This document shows positions 55,418 through 64,000 of a stretch of DNA of 64,000 bases, piece after piece; the first letter of the stretch is position 1, and every line of letters begins with the position of its first letter. This stretch comes from Lytechinus pictus (taxonomy: Eukaryota). Both the position numbers and the translations under genes were made by a program. The notes below the pieces were generated by a model. The model worked only from the letters and a program-made list of their open reading frames with translations. It was not told the DNA's origin and searched no databases. Location: positions 2,668,001 through 2,732,000 of the forward strand of contig NC_087245.1 of NCBI RefSeq assembly GCF_037042905.1. The letters run 5' to 3'.

Positions 55418-56062
55418 TACTTTATTTACCTGTATGAAGACAGTCCACATACTTTATTTACCTGTATGAAGACAGTCTACATACTTTATTTACCTGTATG
55501 AAGACAGTCTACATACTTTATTTACCTGTATGAAGACAGTCTACATACTTTATTTACCTGTATGAAGACAGTCTACATACTTTATTTACCTGTATGAAGA
55601 CAGTCCACATTATGAAGACAGTCTACATACTTTATTTACCTGTATGAAGATAGTCTACATACTTTATTTACCTGTATGAAGACAGTCTACATACTTTATT
55701 TACCTGTATGAAGACAGTCCACATTATGAAGACAGTCTACATACTTTATTTACCTGTATGAAGACAGTCTACATACTTTATTTACCTGTATGAAGACAGT
55801 CTACATACTTTATTTACCTGTATGAAGACAGTCTACATACTTTATTTACCTGTATGAAGACAGTCTACATACTTTATTTACCTGTATGAAGACAGTCTAC
55901 ATACTTTATTTACCTGTATGAAGACAGTCTACATACTTTATTTACCTGTATGAAGACAGTCTACATACTTTATTTACCTGTATGAAGACAGTCTACATAC
56001 TTTATTTACCTGTATGAAGACAGTCTACATACTTTATTAACCTGTATGAAGACAGTCCACAT
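55418..56062. repeat. 32-bp minisatellite (TACTTTATTTACCTGTATGAAGACAGTCTACA), ~19 full units plus two 18-bp partial units
   Basis: Head-to-tail near-identical units without spacers. Confidence 0.97.
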
Positions 56063-56725
56063 GTGGCAGGAATGAGTAAAAAATATTTCACTAGCATGCA
56101 TGTATATCTATAAAAAAAAAGGGGGGCAGGGGTTGAGATCAAAATAGAAAATTGCTTATTTTAAACCCACATTGATTTAGGATGGACTGTACTGAACAGG
56201 AAGAAAAAGAAGATTCTTGTGTACAATTCCTTGGTTCACAAAGAAATTCACAAAGAAAATATATATTTGAACAATCGATGAAACATGTTCAAGAAGTGGT
56301 ACGTAAAGTATTACAGGAATTATCATAATTCATATTCAAATTAGTTTTTAATTCCTATTGGCATTGGCTCAAGCATTGTTAAAATACCATTAGAAGTGTC
56401 TTCAGACAGTCTTTGATTTCTAGTTTATTTTTCACTGATTCATGTCAATTTACATGTAATTTATTGTTATGTACTTCTTTTATTATCATTTGCAAATTGC
56501 AAATAAACATTTTTCCTATTTTGACAAGTGTTTTACTCTATGGAAGAAAAAAAAACCTTCCCCAAGAAGTCGCTGAAATTTCACATGTTTTTATCCATGA
56601 ACTGCCCATCTACATGTAATTTCCATGTTTCCTTGCTTTTATTCAGTTGGAAACTATCAAGAAAATGAAGAATATTCCCTTCTTTATTGACACTAATAGG
56701 ATCGTTTCCAGTTGATGTCACACTT

Positions 56726-56878
56726 GGGCCTGTTTCATAAAGTGACAAATGTTGTAACTTTACCATTATGGCAACCACAGTACCATGGTAACCATGATTA
56801 GGTGCTTAGCCCTGTTGCCATGGTAGTTACCATAAAGGCAAAGTTACAACAGTTGTAAGTCCTTTATGAAACGGGCCC
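56726..56878. mobile_element. Short palindromic MITE
   Basis: GGGCCTGTTTCATAAAG / CTTTATGAAACGGGCCC ends. Internally palindromic. Related to 1069-1225. Confidence 0.78.
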
Positions 56879-57608
56879 GAAAGTCTACAAGTGGGAGTTC
56901 AATTATCCTCGTATAGGCCGAAATAATGCATCTTAATACATTTCATTTTCAATTTCAGACTGAAATAGATACCTTTCCTATGCAGGCAAAGTAGGCTCGG
57001 TAAATCTAGATTTAGAATCTATATCAACTTTTGCTGATTTTGTTTAGTCTAGATCTATAAATGTAGACGGGAAAAACCGTCGCTTCTGGAAATTTCTGAC
57101 ATTTTACTATCATCCCCATTCATGGCGGTAGTATGTTAGTGCAAGCTTTTATGGGTACCGATGTCGCCTAATTCGGGCCTATAATGTTTGTCTAGAATTT
57201 TGCATTTTACTAGGTCAATTAAAATGAAATAATGTTATTTTGAACGATGGCCCATGTTTTTCCTTATATTATCCGCTTTCTTTCGATACTATTGACTTTC
57301 TGATAAAATACTGAAAATATACGTTACCAGTGATTTTATTCCTTACTTTTTAAAATTGATCGCCGGAGATGAAAAACTGGCAGCCATGTTTATTGTTTAT
57401 AGAACAGCTTTTATCAAGGCTTTCCGATTTAAATTTTCAATATCCATGCCAAATTAGCAATATGATATGATAGCGATATGAAGACAAGTGCAATGCAGCG
57501 ACATGAATTGCGTTTTATTTAAAGACGTCTATATAAGGATGATGACGTCATTCAAGGTGGCAATTTACGATGACCAATTTTATATATTTTCTTGTCAAGT
57601 TTTGTCAC

Positions 57609-57737
57609 GTATTATTCACGGCCGATTTCAAAACATTGTATGCGCGTATCGAGTGGACCTTAATAGCAACACTGATGTGCGTTGCTGCCCTCTACATTCA
57701 TTGCATACAATGTTTTGAAATCGGCCGTGAATAATAC
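57609..57737. repeat. Perfect 35-bp inverted repeat with 59-nt spacer
   Basis: GTATTATTCACGGCCGATTTCAAAACATTGTATGC (57609-57643) is the exact reverse complement of 57703-57737. Confidence 0.95.
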
Positions 57738-58207
57738 ATGTGAGGAATTTGATACTAGCCCAAAATCACCAATTTTGAAGATAACCGGAGGATGGACACG
57801 GAGTGAAATACGGGTGTAGAGTAAGATATTAAGCTATTTATCTTTCTCCTTATATTTTTTTTCTGTAATTTTTACAATAAACCATCATTTCATCCCACCT
57901 TTGTCACTCGGTATATCCGAAATGGTTCACGGTCCCGAAGTTCGGGTAGGTGGAGCGTAGTGTAGCGGTAGTGAAGTGGAGTGGAGCCTGCATGAACTTC
58001 GCCCGAGGTAGCCGGTAGGTTAGATATAACCTTGTTCATTGAATGAGTGGTCTGACGTCTGTCTGCAAGCTGCGTCCAAAAAGATTATTAAACACTTTCT
58101 CACATTAAATCAAGTACAAAGCCTTGGTCACAAAGTCATACTAGCCAGTACAACTAACCTCGCATGCTTGTGTGAGTGATACTAGCTAGGCCTAGTCCGC
58201 CATAATT

Positions 58208-58757
58208 TATGGTAGGGGGTCCTAAAGCTGCGCGGGTCCTAAAGCTACGCACCACTCATCGTGCATGCAGTTTTTATGGCAAATGCGCACTCTGTGTGTG
58301 GAACTGTGACTGCAGAGTGACGAACGATTCCTATTCAATTTTTTCAACAGAGGCTGCAGTAAATCTCTAAATGCAGAGAAAACCAACAACCGTTTGGAAT
58401 TTTTGAGTTATATTCGCTTTAATTTCATTTTATCCTATAGGGCCTAATAATTTGAATATATTTTAGAAATTGAGGCACAGGAAATATTATTTTTTTGCAT
58501 GATAATCGAGTGCGTAGCTTAGTTTAGGACCCCTTCTACATCGGGCGGCGAAATCAAGAGGTGTTCGGAAAACACGGCAGGATTTTCGTATTAAATGAGT
58601 TTTTTGCGATATTTTCTTCTTGGACCACTTGGTTAACGATCTTTAGAATGTTTGCCACAAATTAGTGAAAGATAATTTGTTGAAATATAAAAATTGGGAT
58701 AGGCCTAATTTTTATTGTTTGAAAACAAAGTGCGTAGCTTAAGGTCCCCCCATCATA
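58208..58757. mobile_element. Non-autonomous TIR element with TA-bounded ends
   Basis: TATGGTAGGGGGTCCTAAAGCT / AGCTTAAGGTCCCCCCATCATA. Internal AGCTACGCAC/GTGCGTAGCT repeats. Confidence 0.65.
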
Positions 58758-58875
58758 CATTTACAATACATTCACATTATTCGTAGGCTAGGGCAAGCCC
58801 AAAGCAAAGGCCACACTTGCTTGCAGCGCACCCCGAAGCGCTGGCTAAAATATGCGGCAGCGTATGGGGCTTTAC

Positions 58876-58966
58876 CTTCAGCTAATTCTTGCTCCAGTTC
58901 GGCTAACGACTCCTGAATGTGGGTAGGAATTTGAAACCGAGACACGTCCAGTCCTCTCTCCGCCAT
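58876..58966 (-). CDS. DIP2: DIP2 family protein, coding exon 1 (MAERGLDVSRFQIPTHIQESLAELEQELAE+G), start of the DMAP1-binding domain
   Basis: Translation resembles the vertebrate DIP2A/C N-terminus (MA.R...ESLAELELELSEG, recalled). Ends at donor GAAG|GTAAAG after 91 nt (phase 1). Lies in a CpG-rich zone. Confidence 0.93.
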
Positions 58967-59280
58967 CTCTGATATAGAACAGCTGGCTTAACTGCAGAAT
59001 TCTCAAAACATATGTCGGTATTTAGAATTGAAAATAAAACCTTAGCCGAGTGCATCCAGAACTGAATTTCTGATGTATAAAAAACGTAGTGTGTAACTTT
59101 TAGTTGATCTTGGCCGGTTATCGCATGCAGAATTCACGGAACGTTAACGCACGTCCGGCTTCGAACTCGGGTACGATCCGTGGCCATTCACACTATCTAT
59201 ACGACTAACGTATCACGTGACTAAACAAACCTATCTTTACTAAAATTTACCCCCACCCCCTAAAAAGGGGGGGGGGGGGG
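58967..59280 (-). promoter_or_regulatory. Putative DIP2 5' UTR/proximal promoter: CpG-rich, with palindromic E-box TCACGTGA at 59213-59220
   Basis: Immediately upstream of the ATG, with many CpGs relative to the intron. Minus strand reads GTCACGTGAT. The TSS cannot be determined. Confidence 0.55.
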
Positions 59281-60954
59281 ACTTTTACATGGAACGCTAG
59301 TCGAGGGTGTTCAAAATGGATTTATGTTCTCTTTGTTCTCTTAAAAAGAAAGCACTCAGCTGATTCCTCAGTGAAAGTTTCATCTGTTATACTCACAGTG
59401 GTGTTATTTCTGTATGTTATAGGGATTGCCTTTTCTGTTGCTTTTTTGCAATGGGGGGGGGGGGGGTTGTATCTTAAATCGTTGAGTCAGCAAAATACCA
59501 GGATTGGCACATCACGCTGGTTTAGCCATTATCGCAACAACAACAACAAAAAAAAAAAAAAATCTGGGGCTGTAAAACGTTTTTGGAAGGGGGCCGGGGC
59601 TCATCATCTTAAAAAGTAGATTTTTTTTCACATATTGGTATATGACTTTTAAAACATTGAAACGCAGAAGGGGGTGCCTAAGGACTCGGTCACTCGTTTA
59701 TGATTGTGGTCACGCGCAGATTCCTGGAGACTATTTTGATCCGACAAACACTGGCGTATAGGTCTATTTGATAAGTTCAAAGAAGTTTCACAAATGATTT
59801 GAGAAAAAAAAACATACTCAATGAACGCAGGAGACCGCCACCGTGAAGATGATGCATGGCGGCCTCATAAAAAAAGTTTGTGACTGAGGTTGATATTAGT
59901 GGGCAATGCTGGTGCGTGTGCTGTGGATACTAGCAGAGTAAAATAAGAAATTTGAAGTGGCGAATGTTTGTGTGGCCAAATTTGGAGTATGGAATAAGAT
60001 TAAATTATATTTCTTTTAAGAGTTGTGGAAAAAGATTTGATATTTTCTGCAGGATTAATCCAAATGTATTTACCATGATGTCGAATATAGAGGTAATTTT
60101 TAGTCTGGGTTAGTTTGTGAGATGAAAGTTTCCAGATATACGAGTTGAGTAGGTATGGGCAGAACAATTGAACTTAAACATTGTCATCAAAAGACAAAGG
60201 GGAGTAGATTGTTGATAAACATGATGATAGTATACAAGTCGGCAATTTTTCGTGTTTCTAGTTTTAATAAGGATCGGTGTGGGCCAAGATCCTGTACAAA
60301 TGCATATAACTCTCTTTTGTAATTTAGAAATAGAATTCAGCTTTGTAAAACCACAGTTAGACCAAACAACATTTTACTAAGTGATATATGGGAGTACTAA
60401 GAAATCATACAATAGGAATAAAGTTTCATGAGGTAAAATAAATGTCTATATGGTAACTCTGCTTCTCAACTAAAACACTCGATGAAGCGTCCGACAATTC
60501 TCTTCATCATTAAAAAATAATAACGATCACTTGACTTTAAGCTAAAGTTTCAATAAAGAACCGAAAATGTGGGTTGTTTAGAAATTTCCCTTTTTTTTCA
60601 ATTTTTTCTAACATACAGAAAATAGATAAAAATAAAGAATAAACTTTTAAACGAATATTCAGAAAATACAAAATTATGGCACGTTTGTCCAGGATGCTCA
60701 TATATACGCCTCGTTAGTGGGGGGGGGGGGCAATTATAGAGGAGCTACTTAGTCCTGTTCACTTGCTTGATATTTTTTTAAGGCAGCGATAAGAGCTTCC
60801 AGGGAGGAAATCATGACATAATCCCTAAAATAGTTTATTACTTTCAAAAGAGAGAGCATAGCGACCAAGACACTAATGCACTAATGAAACTTGTTGTTTT
60901 GAGCCAATATCCTAATGTGGAGTACTTATGGGCTCTGTATCGTATCCCTCTTAA

Positions 60955-61553
60955 AGGGGAATCCAACCCAAATAAATACTTGGTTTTTTTTGTAAGGAAA
61001 AGAAAAATCAGACAGGTTGATTGGTGAAAGTTTGAACAATATTGGACAAATAACAAGAAAGTTATGAATTTTTAAAAGTTGTAAATATTGGTAATCACTA
61101 TACCCATGGAGACTTCAAATTGGCCGCATATGGAATGTCATAGTGATGTAAGGCAAGGACTACTCTTCCATGTACTCCAATACATATTATGGCTAAAATG
61201 TAATTTTCCCCAAAAGTTTTATTTCAAATTATATTTTTCTTTCATGAGGATATGAAACAATATACTACCTGGGTTATATTTAGATTACTGCCCCAGGGGA
61301 ATGGGTACTTAGGAGAAAACCACAAATCGCTGATAATAAAGTACATGGCCTATGGGAAAGTTGTCCTTGCCCCTTGTCATAATTTACTTACCAAGTTGCC
61401 AATTTGAAATCTACATAGTATCAGTGATCTCAATTTTAAAGCAGCTGTAACTTTCTTATTGCTTGTCCGATTTCTTTCAAACTTTCACCATTCTGTTTAA
61501 TTTATTTTTCTCCTCCCCAACACAACATATTATGGCCAAGGCTGGATTCCCCT
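60955..61553. mobile_element. Kolobok-type MITE, family D
   Basis: TTAA at 60951-60954 and 61554-61557. TIR AGGGGAATCCAACC / GGCTGGATTCCCCT. Confidence 0.85.
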
Positions 61554-63228
61554 TTAATATAACAGAGATCCGTTCCTTGTATGTGAGTGAGCGTAGTGAT
61601 TAAGCAGAGAAATTTGCCTTTTTTAACTAGCATAGTGAAGTTCTTAAAAAGAATACAATTGCAAATAGTATACAAATTATGCATATATATATTGCTAAAA
61701 ATATTATGTGGTCAATAAAATGTTAGTTCTTCCCAAAATTTAAAGGGGAACTTCCATTCCAACAAAAAACAAATTATTTGAAAATAAAGATGAAAAAAAG
61801 AAAAAGCTTAAACAAAATACAAATGGCATATCTCCGCATTTTTAATGAAATTGTCAGTGTTATGCTTGTTTGATTTTTTTTATTCAGCTCTTTTTAACTG
61901 CATTTATGGTGTAGACTTGACTTTCAGGGGACATGCTTCTCCCGACTGTAATATGACTAATATGTCTGGCAAAGTCATACTGTAGATGTTACTCGGTTTG
62001 TTCGGTTTAGTTAAATCATTCAAATTTACCAGTGGGATGAAAACAATAAGCAACAGGCCTATGTAACAGAAAATAAACAGAATATATAAATAAAAATGAT
62101 ATTTTATTAAAAAAAGAATGAAAAGGGTCAATTACACATTCAATAACAATCAACAGCAGACGGACAAATGGCAAAGTTAGGCGAAAAAAACATCCCTTCA
62201 TCAATTTGCCCTATCAACGTAGCCAAATAAAAAAAAAATTCACATTCATTTGACATGTCAAACAAAATACAAAGTATTCAGTCTATCTCATTGACCAGGG
62301 GGCACTGTCATTCCAAGGAGGGCACCAGGCTTGTCAACAAAAGTGTTTGTTTGTTTTCTTTCTTTTTGATTTGATTTGATTTATTTATTTCCACATTCCA
62401 AAACAAAAGTATATACAAATGTAATCATTTGTTCTCAGCATAACATAAATAATAAACAAATGACATAATGAATAACATATGCTTACATACATTCTAACGC
62501 AGAAATATATATATATATATACATTTATCGACATAATACATTTTGGAATGTGGGAGACCTCCATCTAAAGCTTAGAGCTTGAAATTGATAAAGGCCTCGA
62601 AAGGAAAGGGGAAGGAAAACGACAAACACTAGGGCGATGTATTTGCGTACAGTAAAGGGGTTAAAAAATCTCAAAATCAAGGAAAAAATAGTATTTTGTG
62701 AAATGGAAAGGGTTGCACCCTATCATGAAATATTTGTTAGATTATTCAGGGTGGGGAAACGTATTAAGGGTACTCTGAGTAATATAGGGTCCTTTTTGAA
62801 AATAAAAGGACGATGATCGCTGTCCATGCACCTTGTCAAGACAGTGGGCTATATGCAGGATAAGCAAGATGTATATTTGCTCTGAATTCCGAAGACGATG
62901 TTGGTATAGCATCTTTTTTTTAAATTTTTTTTTATAACTGTCCACTATCACACTGTCCACTGTAAGGCTTTAAGCGAGTTTGTGAGAGTGAACCAGTTTG
63001 TTACGAATTTTTTTTGGATATTAAGGATTTATATTACGAACTGTATAATACATTATGCCTGTATCAATATGTGGAAAGGCGAGTGGGTTCAGGAAGTCAC
63101 GGATTGGGGAGGAGAGGGGGTCGGACTAAGGGGGGGGGGGGGGGGGGGGGGGGCTTTTCCGCAGTTTCACTCCCATATAGTATAGGCTATGGGCATGATA
63201 AGTGCATTTTTTGGTAGACATTTTTTAA

Positions 63229-63725
63229 AGGAAAGTTCACCCTGACAAAAAAAATACTGTAAAAATAGCAACAAAAAACCCACAAATATTGCCGAAGGTT
63301 TGAGAAAAATCCATCAAAGAATAAAAAAGTATTATAATTTTAATTATTTGATTTGTGACGTCATATGCGAGCAGGTTTCTTACATGTCGAATGGTAAAAT
63401 ATAAAGTAAATGTCATTTTCTAAAAAGAAATTGAAAATGGCTTTTACTGTACCTTCAGTATATCAATAGGCAAATCATTGTACACCCGTTCCTAATAAGA
63501 AAACAAAAATGATTCATCACGAACCATTAAAAATTTAGAATTAATGAATTTTATATTACATAACATATGGGGCAGCTGCTCGCTTATGACGTTACAAATC
63601 CAAAACTGGAAATTCTAATAACTTCCTTAATATTCAATGGATTCTCATCAAACCCTGCCTTCACAAACATTTTTAGTCATTTTTTCCCTGCTATTTTACA
63701 ACAGTTTTCGTCAGGGTGAACTTCT
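63229..63725. mobile_element. Kolobok-type MITE, family C copy 2 (right end eroded)
   Basis: TTAA|AGGAAAGTTCACCCTGAC ... GTCAGGGTGAACTT. Body aligns by eye to 12424-12917. Confidence 0.78.
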
Positions 63726-64000
63726 AATTGAATGCCAATTCCCGCAGAGCTTACTTTTTCAAGAGATGGCGCCCTTTCATTTCATTGTAGCAAAGTTCAT
63801 TGAGCTTGGGCGTATACAAAGTCATGTATAAAGTTTGGTGACGATTTCATTTTCTCCACCCGTTGAAGAAGAAACTTCATTAACTATCAAATGCTGCAAA
63901 GTTGAGAAGAAGTTCCTCTCTGTCATTCCTTTCACCCTTTTTCTCTCCTAGCCCCCTCTCTGTTTGTGACTATTTTGTCTATTTCTCTTCCACTTCTTTC

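Larger units (their letters stand above)
19014..58875 (-). other. DIP2: DIP2 intron 1 (~39.9 kb, GT-AG)
   Basis: Canonical splice sites join two exons that give a contiguous conserved ELAE-GDIT peptide. Confidence 0.88.

Noticed and set aside
55418..56062. CRISPR-like array (32-bp repeats)
   Set aside because: Units are head-to-tail with no unique spacers, there are no cas genes, and the context is a eukaryotic intron.
58772..58875. C-terminal half of the 64-aa ORF (KAPYAAAY...)
   Set aside because: Read-through past the GT donor; similarity to DIP2 resumes only in exon 2.

Overview
AT-rich, repeat-dense eukaryotic (animal) genomic DNA. The repeat styles suggest a marine invertebrate such as an echinoderm, but that is inference only. 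One protein-coding gene is recognisable: the 5' end of a DIP2 (disco-interacting protein 2) homologue on the minus strand. Coding exon 1 (58876-58966) and exon 2 (18927-19013) join in frame across a ~39.9 kb GT-AG intron to give the N-terminal DMAP1-binding region; later exons probably lie beyond position 1. The rest is intron or upstream sequence filled with non-autonomous transposons: TTAA-flanked Kolobok-type MITEs, a Harbinger-type MITE, hAT-like elements, tRNA-derived SINEs and a Helentron-associated-like element. The most unusual structures are: a 4.56 kb foldback element that is almost entirely palindromic; a three-level nested transposon with target-site duplications at each level; a 32-bp minisatellite whose units each carry an overlapping AG|GTAAAT splice motif and AATAAA in DIP2 sense; and strong over-representation of TACATGTA in the gene body. 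I found no evidence of a novel protein-coding system, CRISPR array or autonomous transposase. The remaining short ORFs look like noise.
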